Below are positions 50,771-64,000 of a DNA stretch of 64,000 bases, piece by piece (position 1 is the stretch's first letter; each line of letters opens with the position of its first letter). The notes beneath the pieces were generated by a model, which saw only the letters and a program-made list of their open reading frames with translations, did no database searches and had not been told where the DNA came from. This DNA comes from Mobula hypostoma. Its lineage: Eukaryota. The stretch is from NCBI RefSeq assembly GCF_963921235.1, contig NC_086100.1:204664001-204728000 (forward strand), read 5' to 3'. A program made the position numbers and the translations under genes.

Positions 50771-51499
50771 CTGTCTCCTTCGCATTCTGAACATGCGCCA
50801 CACACCCACTAAGATCACAGTTTATTTACACGGCTGCGACTAGAGACTTTCTGTTTATTATGTCCCTCCTGGCATTTGACGGTGGTAAACTCAGAACCGG
50901 CAATGGTATTGATCCTCAGAAGTAGGTTATTAGGCTTTTTCGTTGGAGATCAATAAACTGCCGGTAGTGTGTGGCTGGATGAGTGGGTTGTTTTCAGACT
51001 GGAAGGAGGTGGCGTTTGGAGTAACCCAGAGATCAGTCCCTGACCACAGTTGTTCAGTTTAATGGCCTGGTGGAGTCAGTAAGATGTGAGATGTCCCAGT
51101 CTGCTGGTGACGCAGGAACAGTGGAGTTGGGGGAGGGGAGGCTATTCACATGCAATTTCGTAGCTTTGCAATCAGTTCATAGTGCACGGTGGGGCTGCAG
51201 TGGCGGGTTCCATTGCTGGATCAGTGCACAGTCACAGTGGGCTGTGAGGATTTTGTTAATAAAGCGCCCTTCTCCAATTTAGAATTTCAAGCTGTGGAGC
51301 AAGCCAATCGTTTGTATACTTAAGTTGTATTTATGGCATTGTGATAACCAGATCCCATAGCCCTCCACGACCTCTCTATCCAGGTCTTTCAATATTCCAC
51401 TACGTGCGTTAATTTGGCCACAGGGCCATCAATACTGTCATCCGATGCAGTGACATAGAACGTAAACAGAAACGTTGCCAACACAGACCCCTGTAGACT

Positions 51500-52255
51500 T
51501 CTGGGCTAGTAATCTCAGGATTGCTGCCTGCGCCACGTGCTAGCGATGAAGGAATAGATATGATCAGGCGTATTAATGTGTGGCTGACAGACTTGTGTAG
51601 GGGGCAGGGCTTCAGATTCCTGGATTATTGGGGCCTCTTCCAGGGGAGGTACGACCGGTACAAAAAGGACGGGTTATACCTGAACCCAAAGGTGTCCAAC
51701 ATCCTAGCGGGAACATTTAATAAAGCTGTTAGTGAGAATTTAAACGAATTTAGCAGGGTGATGGGAACCGGAGTGATTGGGCTGAGGAAGGGGAAAACAG
51801 AAATAAATCAAAGACAGCGTGCAACAGAGATTATAGAAAGAACAAGCAGGAGACAAAGCTTAATCGAAGCCAATGGCATGAGTTACAGGGCAATAGAGTC
51901 GTGGTGTAATTAAAGCAAAGAGCAACAGATACTGGACAGAGAGTGTTGTATTTGAATGCACGCAGCATAAGGAATAAAATAGACGATCTTGAAATTCAGC
52001 TACAGTTTGGCAAATATGACATTGTGGTCATTTGTGAAACTTGGCTAAAGAATGACTGTCATTGGGAGATGAACTTACAAGGATATAAGATGTATCAGAA
52101 GGATAGGTTAGTAGGTAAAGGAAGTGGTGTGGCCCTGTATACAGGAAATAATATTAAATCATTGGAAAGATCTGTCCATGATTGAATGGCGGAGCAGACT
52201 TGATGGGACGAATGGCCTACTTCTGCTCCTATATCTGATGGTCTTATCGTCTTAT
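51500..52255 (+). mobile_element. Internally deleted CR1 (ORF1 end, ORF2 start, 3' tail)
   Basis: GFRFLDYW...KKDGLYLN and LYLNARSIRNK...CETW, then tail gaatggcctacttctgctcc. Confidence 0.75.
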
Positions 52256-52329
52256 GGATTCACTCGTCTGTACGTCTCCATCCATTTTAAATTTTCAAAA
52301 AGTATGTACATTTCGATATCTTAAACGGA

Positions 52330-53230
52330 TGGATTTCAGCAGATGCTCAAAACCCAAAGAAACACACACAAAATGTTAGAGGAACTCAGCAGGTCGGGCA
52401 GCATTTATGAAACTGGTTGAACAGTCGACGTATCGGGCTGAGACCTTCTTCATTTCTGGAAAGTTAGGGGGAAGACGCCAGAATACAATGCCGTGGGGAG
52501 GGGAAAAGTGATAGATGAAGTGAGGTGTGTATGAAAGGTAAGGGGCTGGAGAGGAAGCAATCTAGTAGGAGGGGACAGTGGAGTACAGGGAAAACGGAAG
52601 CAGGTCGAGACACCGTGTGAGGTGATAGGCGGGTGAGAATAGGCATGGGACCAGAGTGGTGAATGGAAGAAAAAGGGAGGGGTGAGGGAGTTTTTTTTTA
52701 CTGACATTCATGACATCAGGTTGGAGGCAAACACGACGGAAAGTAAGTTGCTGCTCTTGCATTTTGAGGGCAGTCTCGCCATGGCAGAAGAGGAAGCAAT
52801 GGAGCCAACATGGGAATGACAATCAGAATCAAAATGTTTGGACGCTGGAAAGCTGCGCTTGTCACGGATGGAGCGGATGGAGCGGTGGTGCTCTATGAAA
52901 TCATCCCCAATTCATTACGGGTCTCCCCAATGTAGAGAATCCCGCATGGGCAACACGAGACACAATAGACGACCATAGCAGTCTCGCAGCTGAAGTGGTG
53001 CCTCCCCTGGAAGAAATGACTGGGGCTACTTGGGGCTCTGACTAGTGGTGAGGGAGGAGCTGAATGGACAGCTGTAGTACTTTGGCCACTTGCAGGGAAA
53101 GGTGCCGGGAGGAATATCAGTGGTGAGGGACAGATGAAAAAGGGAATCACGGAGGGAGCGATCCCTGCGGAGTGATGGGTATAGGAGGTAGTGATATGTT
53201 TGTTTGTAGCATCCCTTCTAAAATGCATAC
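52330..53230 (-). mobile_element. Degenerate Penelope-like element
   Basis: HFSCETAMVVYCVSCCPCGILYIGETR (52893-53228) and PLE-type tail. Confidence 0.75.
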
Positions 53231-53592
53231 AGCCCAGCCGCGCTTACCTAATCTTCCTGCCGCCACAATAGCGATAGAGTTCCTCTTGTCCTTACCTATC
53301 ACACAATGACAATCCGCAATCAACATACTCTGCTCATGCAAGCAGGCAGTTAGCTTCACCTTGTCCATGGGGTTTCATAGCATCGGTGTGTGTAGTGAGG
53401 TCTACGATGTCCACGCCGGCGTTTCTGTTCACACCGACCTCTTTAATTCTCTCATATTACAGCAATAAGTTATCCTGCGATGGGGAAATATCTCTGTCTG
53501 TCTGTGCTTCTCTCCATCTATCTGTTTTTTCTATCTTCCATCTACTTTTCTGTTCATTTGTCCCTCACAAAAATACACACGTTCAGAGGATA

Positions 53593-53595
<3 letters not shown>

Positions 53596-53635
<40 letters not shown>

Positions 53636-53642
53636 TACACAC
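53596..53642. repeat. (CA)n microsatellite
   Basis: Directly visible. Confidence 0.95.
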
Positions 53643-55369
53643 AGAAATTTCAATTTCTTTGTCCCAATGGAACTTCATTTTTTTCAGTCTTTTTCACATA
53701 TTCTGTGTTTATCTCTTCTCTGTTCACTTCACTTCAGGTATTCGGGAATATTTATTGAAATTCATTCAGAAGCACCAACTGGATTTGAGTAAGAATTTTG
53801 ATAACGTTCCCCAAATTAGGCCCGGTCACGTTGGCAGGAACTTAGATCCAGGGGAACTTGGCTTTGTGGACACCGAAATGACCTGACAGAGAAGGCAGAG
53901 GGTGGTGGTAGAGTGAGTGTATTCTCTCTGGAAGCCGGTACCCAGGAGTGTTCCGAACTGATCTGTTCCAACAACCCTGTTCGCTGTGATTTTTACTTCA
54001 CTCAGGAGGTGATACAGGTTCAATTGCAGCTTTGAAGAGAAGTTTGTATGGGTACATGGATGAGGGAGGTATTGACATCTATAGTCTGGGTGCACATGGA
54101 TGGGCCCAGGCAGAAAATGGCACAGACTAGATGGGCTGAAAGTCCTGTTTCTGTGCTGTAAGAGAATGAATTACATTGTGTGTCCTACACAAGTCCATTT
54201 CCCAGGAGACTTAAATCATTCCAACAAAATGTTCTAAAAAGCTGCAAATACAAGAAACACTCAACAGATAAAGAATATCTGTGGAGAGGAACAAAGTTAA
54301 TGTTTCAGCTCCAACACCCTGTGTTGGAATAGCTTCAAACAATTTCTGATCTGATTTCAGGTCTCCAGCATCTTGAGTGTTTCTTTAATTTCCAGCTGCT
54401 CACAGACAGACGGCAGTGAGAGGCAATTTCCAAACACGGTGAGGATACTGAACCCGAGGTAGATAACCAACAATGCAAACACTGAACAGCTCATTCCAGG
54501 TACTCACTACCTCTGTGTATTGAGATTACCTCTCAGGTCTATTCGATCTCTCTGCTCTTTTCTATCTGTGGCCATTCAGCCCCTCCAACCATCAACAAGA
54601 TGGCGACTGCACTCCCATCTCAGCCACATGTTCCTGCTCGATCCTCATTTCCTCGATCCCTTAGGTCTGCACACATCTGCCGATCTCTGTTCTATGTGAA
54701 GACGATCACTGAGTCTGCACTGCCCTCTGTGGTGGGGATTTACAAACATTCACCACCCTCGGAGTGGAGACATTTCCCCTCATCTCAGTCCTGGACAGTC
54801 CACCCCTTTTTTCAGAGACTGGGATCCCTGGTTCAACCGGTAATGATATTGTGCATTTCAATGTGTTCACCTCTCAGTCCTCAATTCTCCAAATGAAAGG
54901 GTTATCGCATTTGATCTTTCTTCATATGATGACCCCACCATTCCAGGAATCAGTCAGGTGAATCTTCATTGCACTCTCTATAATAGATACTCTCTAACCT
55001 CTTTGTTAATCTTCCATGGAATTAATTTCCATCTTCTGCAGCCCCGTGTTGCCCCATCCACTCTCCACTCACCTCTCACCCTCGTCACTATTTCCACCTT
55101 CCCACCTCCCCATTCACCCAGATCCACCTCTCACTCCCCAGCTCTTGCCCCATCCCCACCCCTCACCACTTTTCTCTGACTATTTCCCGTTCACTCTTGG
55201 TCCAGAGGGAGGGTCTTGGCCCGAAAAGTTGACAGTCCATTTCCCTCCACAGATGCTGCCCGACCCCCCGAGTTCCCCCGGCAGTTTGTTCTTTTGTCCA
55301 TATAACCCGTGTTAGTGTGGGGAGCGGGATTTTACACCATGTTCCAGGTACAATCTCAACAAATTTATG

Positions 55370-55875
55370 TTTAAATATATGTTTACAATATATATTAATG
55401 AATTAGATGAGGGAATTAAAAGTAACATCAGCAAATTTGCCGATGGCACAAAGCTGGGTGGCAGTGTGATATGTGAGGAGGATGTTATGAGAATGCAGGG
55501 TGACTTGGACAGGCTGGGTGAGTGGCATATGCATGGCAGATGCAGTTTAATATAGTTAAATGTGAGGTTATCCACGTTGGTGGTAAGAACAGGAAGGCAG
55601 ATTATTATCTAAATGGAGTCAAGTTAGGAAAAGGAGAAGTACAACGAGATCTAGGTGTACATTAGTCACTGAAAACAAGCCTGCAAGTACAGCAGGCAGT
55701 GAAGAAAGCTAATGGCATGCTGGCCTTCATACAAGGGGAGTTGAGTATAAGAGCAAAGAGGTCCTTCTGCAGCTGAACAGGGCCCTGGTGAGACCACACC
55801 TGGAGTACTGTGTGCAGATTTGGTCTCCAAATTTGAGGAAGGACATTCTTGCTATTGAGGGAGTGCAGCGTACGT
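55370..55875 (+). mobile_element. CR1 RT fragment
   Basis: FTIYINELDEG, SKFADGTK, LEYCVQIWSP. Confidence 0.8.
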
Positions 55876-57466
55876 TAATAGAACACAGAACATAGAACAT
55901 ACAATAGTACAGCACAGTACAGGCGCTTCGGCCCACAATGTTGTGCCGACCCTCAAACCCTGCCGCCCATAAAAGCCCCCAACTTAAATTCCTAAATATA
56001 CCTGTCAAGTAGCCTCTTAAACTACACTAGTGTATCCACCACTGACTCAGGCAGTGCATTCCACGCACCAACCACTCTCTGAGTAAAAGACCTTCCTCTA
56101 ATATCCCCCTTGAACTTCCCACCCCTTACCTTAAAGCCATGTCCTCTTGTATTGAGCAGCAGTGCCTGGGGAAGAGGCGCTGGCTATCCACTCTATCTAT
56201 TCCTCTTATTATCTTGTACACCTATATTATGTCTCCTCTCATCCTCCTTCTCTCCAAAGACTAAAGCCCTAGCTCCCTTAATCTGTGATCATGATGCATA
56301 CTCTCTAAACCAGGCAGCATCCTGGTAAATCTCCTCTGTACCTTTTGCAATGCTTCCACATCCTTCCTATAGTGAGGTGTCCAGAACTGGACACAGCACT
56401 CCAAGTGTGGCCTAAACACAGTTTTATAGACCTGCATCATTACATCGGGACTCTTAAACTCTGTCCCTCGATTTATGAAAGCTAAAACCCCATAAGCTTT
56501 CTTAACTACCCTATTCACCTGTGAGGCAACTTTCAGGGATCTGTGGACATGTACCCCGAGATCCCTCTGCTCCTCCAGAGTACCAAATATCCTGCCAGTT
56601 ACTTTGTACTCTGCCTTTGAGTTTATCGTTCCAAAGTTTACCACCTCACTCTTCTCCGGGTTGAACTCCATCTGGCACTTCTCCGCCCACTTCTGCATCC
56701 TATCAATGTCTCTCTGCAATCTTTGACAATCCGCTACACTATCTACAACACCACCAACCTTTGTGTCGTCTGCAAACTTGTCAACCCACCCTTCTACTCC
56801 CACATCCAGGGCGTTAATAAAAATCAAGAAAGGCAGAGGTCCCAGAACAGATCCTTGTGGGACACCACTAGTCACAATCCTCCAATGTGAATGTACTCCC
56901 TGCACCACGACCCTCTGCCTTCTGCAGGCAAGGCAATTCTGAAATTTGGCCAAACTTCCCTGGATCCCATGCCTCCTGACTTTCTGAATAAGCCTACTGT
57001 GTGGAACCCTGTCATATGCATAATTAAACTCCATATAGATCACATCCACTGCACTACCCTCATCTATATGCCTGGTCACCTCCTCAAAGAACTCCATCAG
57101 GCTTGTTAAACACGATCTTCCCTTCACAAAGCTATGCTTACTGACCCTGATCAGACCATGATTCTCTAAATGCCCAGAAATCCTATCTCTAAGAATCTTT
57201 TCTAACAGCTTGCCCACCACAGAAGTAAGGCTCACTGGTCTATAATTACCCGGACTCTCCCTACTAACTTTTTTGAACAAGGGGACAACATTCGCCTCCC
57301 TCCAGTCCTCCGGTACTATTCTCGTGGACAACGAGTACATAAAGATTCTGGCCAGAGGCTCAGCGATCTTTTCTCTCGCCTCGTGGAGCAGCCTGGGGAA
57401 TATACCGTCAGGCCCCGGGGACTTATCCGTCCTAATGTAATTTAACAACTCAAACACCTCCTCTCT

Positions 57467-58932
57467 CTTATGTCCTCGTTGCCCACGGGAATGGTACCGG
57501 AGGATTGCAGGGAGGCGAATGTTGTTCCCTTGTTCAATAAAGGTAGTAGGGATAGTCCAGGTAATTATAGACCAGTGAGCCTTACGTCTGTGGTGGGAAT
57601 GCTGTTGGAAAAGATTCTTAGAGATAGGATCTATAGGCGTTTAGAGAATCATGGTCTGATCAGCGACAGTCAACGTGGCTTTGTGAAGGGCAGATCGTGT
57701 CTAACAAGCCTGATAGAGTTCTTTGAGGAGGTGACCAGGCATATAAATGAGGGTAGTGCAGTGGATGTGATCTATATGGATTTTAGTAAGGCATTTGACA
57801 AGGTTCCACACTGTAGGCTTATTCAGAAAGTTAAAAGGCATGGTATCCAGGGAAGTTTGGCCAGGTGGATTCAGAATTGGCTTGTCTGCAGAATGCAGAG
57901 GGTGGTGGTGGAGGGAATACATTCATATTGGAGGATTGTGACTAGTGGTGTCCAACAAGGATCTGTTCTGGGACCTCTACTTTTCGTGATTTTTATTAAC
58001 GACCTGGATGTGGGGGTAGAAGGGTGGGTTGACAAGTTTGCAGACGACACAAAGGTTGGTGGTGTTGTAGATAGTGTAGAGAATTGTCAAAGATTGCAGA
58101 GAGACATTGATAGGATGCAGAAGTGGGTTGAGAAGTAGCAGATGGAGTTCAACCCGGAGAAGTGTGAGGTGGTACACTTTGGAAGGACAAACTCCAAGGC
58201 AGAGTACAAAGTAAATGGCAGGATACTTGGTAGTGTGGAGGAGCAGAGGGATCTCGGGGTACATGTCCACAGATCCCTGAAAGTTGCCTCACAGGTGTAT
58301 AGGGTAGTTAAGAAAGCTTATGGGGTGTTAGCTTTCATAAGTCGAGGGACAGAGTTTAAGAGTCGTGATGTAATGATGCAGCTCTATAAAACTCTGGTTA
58401 GGCCACACTTGGAGTACTGTGTCCAGTTCTGGTCACCTCACTATAGGAAGGACGTGGAAGCATTGAAAAAGTTACAGAGGAGATTTACCAGGATGCTGCC
58501 TGGTTTAGAAAGTATGCATTATGATCAGAGATTAAGGGAGCTAGGGCTTTACGCTTTGTAGAGAAGGGGGATGAGAGGAGACATGATAGAGGTGTACAAG
58601 ATAATAAGAGGAATAGATAGAGTGGATAGCCAGCGCCTCTTCCCCGGGGCACCACTGCTCAATACAAGAGGACATGGCTTTAAGGTAAGGGATGGGAAGT
58701 TCAACGGGATATTAGAGGAAGGTTTTTTACTCAGAGAGTGGTTGGTGCGTGGAATATACTGCCTGAGTCAGTGGTGGAGGCAGATACACTAGTGAAGTTT
58801 AAGAGACTGCTAGACAGGTATATGGAGGAATCGAAGGTGGGGGCTTATATGGGAGGCAGGGTTTGAGGGTCGGCACAACATTGTGGGCCGAAGGGCCTGT
58901 ACTGTGCTGTACTATTCTATGTCTATGTCTAT
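57467..58932 (+). mobile_element. 5'-truncated CR1 family A inserted antisense into family A
   Basis: ORFs 57470-58792; tail tattctatgtctatgtctatg. Confidence 0.9.
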
Positions 58933-59035
58933 GTTAATATCAACGTGCTCCAGAACATGAACATCACTCGTATTGTGCTCACCATCATCAGGTTCCCTCT
59001 GAATGGTGAATACCAAAGAGAAATATTTACTGACT

Positions 59036-60889
59036 CTGAAAGCTTTTATAGATATGTAAAAAGGAAAAGACTGGTAAAGACGAATGTAGGTCCCCTACAG
59101 ACAGAAATAGGTGAATTGATTATGGGGAGCAAGGACATGGCAGACCAATTGAATAATTACTTTGGTGCTGTCTTCACTAAGGAGGACATAAATAATCTTC
59201 CAGAAATAGTAGGGGACAGAGGGTCCAGTGAGATGGAGAAACTGAGCGAAATACATGTTAGTAGGGAAGTGGTGTTAGGCAAATTGAAGGGATTGAAGGC
59301 AGATAAATCCCCAGGGCCAGATGGTCTGCATCCCAGAGTGCTTAAGGAAGTAGCCCAAGAAATAGTGGATGCATTAGTGATTATTTTTCAAAACTCATTA
59401 GATTCTGGACTAGTTCCTGAGGATTGGAGGGTGGCTAATGTAACCCCACTTTTTAAAAAAAGGAGGGAGAGAGAAACCGGGGAATTATAGACCGGTTAGC
59501 CTAACGCCGGTGGTGGGGAAACTGCAGGAGTCAGTTATCAAAGATGTGATAATAGCACATTTGGAAAGCAGGGAAATCATCAGACAAAGTCAGCATGGAT
59601 TTGTGAAAGGAAAATCATGTCTGACGAATCTCAGAATTTTTTGAGGATGTAACTAGTAGAGTGGATAGGGGAGAACCAGTGGATGTGGTATATTTGGATT
59701 TTCAAAAGGCTTTTGACAAGGTCCCACACAGGAGATTAGTGTGCAAACTTAAAGCACACGGTATTGGGGGTAAGGTACTGATGTGGATAGAGAATTGGTT
59801 AGCAGACAGGAAGCAAAGAGTGGGAATAAACGGGACCTTTTCAGAATGGCAGGCGGTGACTATGGGGTACCGCAAGGCTCAGTGCTGGGACCCCAGTTGC
59901 CTACATATATATTAATGACTTGGATGAGGGAATTAAATGCAGCACCTCCAAGTTTGCGGATGACATGAAGCTGGGTGGCAGTGTTAGCTGTGAGGAGGAT
60001 GCTAAGAGGATGCAGGGTGACTTGGATAGGTTGGGTGAGTGGGCAAATTCATGGCAGATGCAATTTAATGTGGATAAATGTGAAGTTATCCACTTTGGTG
60101 GCAAAAATAGGAAAGCAGATTATTATCTGAATGGTGGCCGATTAGGAAAAGGGGAGGTGCAACGAGACCTGGGTGTCATTATACACCAGTCATTGAAAGT
60201 GGGCATGTAGGTACAGCAGGCGGTGAAAAAGGCGAATGGTATGCTGGCATTTATAGCAAGAGGATTCGAGTACAGGAGTAGGGAGGTACTACTGCAGTTG
60301 TACAAGGCCTTGGTGAGACCACACCTGGAGTATTGTATGCAGTTTTGGTCCCCTAATCTGAGGAAAGACATCCTTGCCATAGAGGGAGTACAAAGAAGGT
60401 TCACCAGATTGATTCCTGGGATGGCAGGACTTTCATATGAAGAAAGACTGGATGAACTGGGCTTGTACTCGTTGGAATTTAGAAGATTGAGGGGGAATCT
60501 GATTGAAACGTATAAAATCCTAAAGGGACTGGACAGGCTAGATGCAGGAATATTGTTCCCGATGTTGGGGAAGTCCAGAACGAGGGGTCACAGTTTGAGG
60601 ATAAAGGGGAAGCCTTTTAGGACCGAGATTAGGAAAAACTTCTTCACACTGAGAGTGGTGAATCTGTGGAATTCTCTGCCACAGGAAACAGTTGAGGCCG
60701 GTTCATTGGCTATATTTAAGAGGGAGTTAAATATGGCCCTTGTGGCTAAGGTGATCGGGGAGTATGGAGGGAAGGCTGGGGCAAGTTTCTGAGTTTAATG
60801 ATCAGCCATGATCATAATAAATGGTGGTGCAGGCTGGAAGGGCCGAATGGCCTACTCCTGCACCTATTTTATATGTTTCTATGTTTCTA
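59036..60889 (+). mobile_element. 5'-truncated CR1 family B
   Basis: Matches 4613-6462; degenerate TSD atatttactga / atattcattga. Confidence 0.9.
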
Positions 60890-62578
60890 TATTCATTGAG
60901 GAATTCGTTCACTTCTACAGCCTCCAGGCACATCTCCCCACCTTTATCTCTAATCGGTCCTACCTTCACTCCTGTCATCCTTTATTTCGTCACATAATTG
61001 AAGAATGCTTTGGGGTTTCCTTTATCTACTCTCCAAGACCTTCTCATGCCCTCTTCTTGCACTTTTCAGCCGCTTCTTAAGCTCCTTTCTTGCTTCCCTA
61101 TATTCCTCAATAGACCCATCTGATCCTTGCTTCCTAACCCTCATGTATGCTGCCTTCATCCACCTTACTATATTTTCCACCTCACTTGTCACCCATGGTT
61201 CCTTCACCCTACCATTCTTTATCTTCCTCACCGGGAAAAAATTATCCCTAACACCCCGCAAGAGATCTCTAAACATCGACCACATGTCCATAGTACATTT
61301 CCCTGCAACAGCATCATCCCAAGTCACACCCGCGAGTTCTCGCCTTATAGCCTCATAATTTGCCCTTCCCCAATTAAAACATTTTGCTGTCCTCTCTGAT
61401 ACTATCCTTATCCATGATAATGCTAAAGGCCAGGGACCGGTGGTCACTGTCCCCCAGATGCTAACCCACTAAGAGATCTGTGACCTGACCCGGTTCATTA
61501 CCTAGTACTCGAGCTAGTATGGCATTCCCCCTAGTCGGCCTGTCCACATACTGTGACAGGAATCCGTCCTGGATATACTTAACAAACTCTGCCCCATCTA
61601 AACCCTCGGAACTAATCAGGTGCCAGTCAATACTAGGGAGGTTAAAATCACCCATGATAACAGCCCTGTTATTTTTGCACCTTTCCAAAATCTGCCTCCC
61701 AATCTGCTTCTCTGTACCTCTGCTGCTACCAGGGGGCCTATAGAATACCTCCAACAGAGTAACTGCTCACTTCCTGTTCCTGTCTTCCACCCATACTGAG
61801 TCAAAAGATGATCCTGGTACATTACCCACCCTTTCTGTAGCTGTAATAGTATCCCTGACCAACAATGCCACCCCTCCTCCCTTTTTTCCGCCGTCTCTAT
61901 CCCTTTTAGAGCACTGAAATCTAGGAATATTGAGAATCCATTCCTGCCCTGGTGCCAGCCAAGTCTCTGTAATGGCCACTACATCATAATTCCATGTATG
62001 TATACAAGCTTTCAGTTCATCACCTTTGTTCCTGATGCTTCTTGCATTGAGGTACACACATTTCAGCCCTTCTACCTTACTGTCTTTACGCCGTTTATTC
62101 TGCTTTTCTTTCCCAAAGCCTCTCTGTATGTTCGATCTGGCTTTACTCCATGCACTTCTTTCACTGCTCTATCGCTCTGGGTCCCATCCCCCTCGCAAAT
62201 TAGTTTAAACCCTCCCGAACCATGCTAGCAAACCTACCTGCAAGGATATTGCTCCCCTTTGAGTTCAGGTGCAACCCAGCCAATCTGCACAGGTCCCAAC
62301 TTCCCCAGAAGAGATCCCAATGATCCAAAAATCTAAAACCCTGCTCCCTGCACCAACTCCTCAGCCACGCATTCAACTGCCATCTCCTCCAACTCTTACC
62401 ATCACTGTCACGTAGCACTGGCAGCAACCCTGAGAACGCCACCCTTGAGGTCCTGTTCTTCAGCCTTCTGCCTACTTCCCGAAACTCACACTTCAGGACC
62501 TCATCCCTCTTCCTGCCTATGTCGTTGGTCCCAACATGTATCACGACTTCTGGTTGCTTTCCCTCTCGTACCAGGATG

Positions 62579-63072
62579 AAGGTTAATTCCCGGGGTGGCA
62601 AGGTTAATTCCCGGGATGGCGGGACTGTCAGATGTCGAAAGATTGGAGCGACTGGCCTTGTATACTCTGGAATTTAGAAGGCTGATAGGGGATCTTATTG
62701 AAACATATAAGATTATTAAGGGGTTGGACATGCTGGAGGCAGGAAGCATGTTCCCACTGATGGGTGAGTCCAGAACCAAAGGCCACAGTTTAAGAATAAG
62801 GGGTAGGCCATTTAGAACGGAGTTGAGAAAAAACTTTTTCTCCCAGAGAGTGGTGGATGTATGGAATGTACTGCCCCAGAAGGCTGTGGAGGCCAATCTC
62901 TGAATGCTTTCAAGAATGAGATGGATTGAGCTCTTAAAGTTAGCGGAATCAAAGGATATGGGGATAAGGCAGGAACTGGATACTGATCGTGGATGATCAG
63001 CCATGATCACAGTGAATGGCGGTGCTGGCTTGAAGGGCCGAATGGGGTACTCCTGCACCTATTGTCTATTAT
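62579..63072 (+). mobile_element. Short CR1 3' fragment (family G)
   Basis: RLIPGMAGLS...GHSLRIRG...FFSQRVV; tail gggccgaatgg...tattgtctatt. Confidence 0.85.
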
Positions 63073-63117
63073 GTTGTACACCTCTATCATGTCTCCTCTC
63101 ATCCTACTTTTCTCCAT

Positions 63118-63783
63118 TTGGAAGTTCCATTTGGTGGGAGCCTGAGATGCCATCCCTCAAAACACTGACAGTCACAGTCATCTCTGACTGGACCACAGTT
63201 CCTCACCTCACTTCCCCAGGCGTTATTTGAGAAAGCCCAGGCTGAGAGTTCCTGACTCTGGTTAAGTAGGATTACTGACTTTGGAATCATAGTTTTACCA
63301 TGCTGCGGAATTTCGGCACAAACCCTGCAGGCCCCTAGTTCTAACTGTTTGGCATAGGTGTGACAGAGAGACAGAAAAGTGTTAATATGGGGGCCTCCAG
63401 ATGCTGGGGTGAGCCCTCTCAAAGACACAAAAACGAACACCACTATCAACCAATCCATTTTCCTTTAGTCCGAGAGAGTCCTTCTACTCAGCTCCTTCAG
63501 TAACACGTTTTCAGTCTGTTCGATGTATCCACCGAGTTTGCACCTTCAGTTTCACAGCCGTGGGAGTGGTCAGTAACACCTGATATGTTCCTCTCCACTG
63601 AGGTCCAAGTTTCGCTCAAACCCGGTTCTTGACCAGGACAAAATTCCCAGATTCTACGGTGGGATAGTCACTCCTCTCTGTGTGGTAGTTCCCTTCCTGG
63701 TAAGCCTGTTGTACCTGTGAATGTAATGCTTGGAAAATTTTGGTTAGTTGGCATATATATTTCCCTATCTCTTCCCCTAGGCT
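63118..63783 (-). mobile_element. Endogenous retrovirus fragment: integrase C-terminus and env N-terminus
   Basis: GNFVLVK..*AKLGPQWRGTYQVLLTTPTAVKL...WIH, then a new ATG at 63458 with signal-peptide-like MDWLIVVFVFVSLRG, NTFLSL and CRVC. Confidence 0.8.
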
Positions 63784-64000
63784 ATAGAACATAGAATAGT
63801 ACAGCACATTACAGGCCCTTCGGCCCACAATGTTGTGCCGACCCTCAAACCCTGCCTCCCACATAACCCCCGCTTAAATTCCTCCATATACCTGTCTAGT
63901 AGTCTCTTAAACTTCACGAGTGTATCTGCCTCCACCACTGACTGAGGCAGTGCATTCCACGCAACAACCACTCTCTGACTAAAACACCTTCCTCTAATAT
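63784..64000 (-). mobile_element. 3' end of CR1 family A (runs off window)
   Basis: Same tail as 2165-2400 and 14594-14810. Confidence 0.9.

Larger units (their letters stand above)
55879..62578 (-). mobile_element. Long CR1 family A (ORF1 part through 3' tail) hosting two nested CR1s
   Basis: Segments 55879-57470, 58933-59035 and 60890-62578 are colinear with other A copies; ORF1 VIHVGTND at 62200-62601. Confidence 0.88.

Overview
Repeat-dense vertebrate genomic DNA, probably from a cartilaginous fish (shark or ray). That assignment is inferred from the CR1 LINE families and the style of the C2H2 zinc-finger gene; no database search was possible. Most of the window is nested transposable elements: several CR1 families (informal labels A-G; one has an SGNH-esterase ORF1, one an uninterrupted ORF2), Penelope-like elements (PLEs) with GIY-YIG remnants and minimal hammerhead ribozymes, Rex1/Babar, RTE, an R4/Dong-like LINE, two Gypsy elements, LTRs, a hAT-like remnant and an ERV pol/env fragment. 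The only host gene is a 13-finger C2H2 ZNF on the minus strand (39778-40899), with a likely NRF1-type promoter and first exon near 47.8 kb and a decayed paralogue near 49-50.8 kb. Most striking: (1) a Gypsy element whose RT runs in frame into three stitched pieces of a myosin heavy-chain rod; (2) minimal hammerhead ribozymes in PLE 3' ends; (3) three TSD-flanked inverted ('snap-back') PLE insertions, one a perfect 93-bp-arm palindrome centred on a ribozyme core; (4) an ERV integrase/env junction. Element boundaries are approximate unless a TSD is given.
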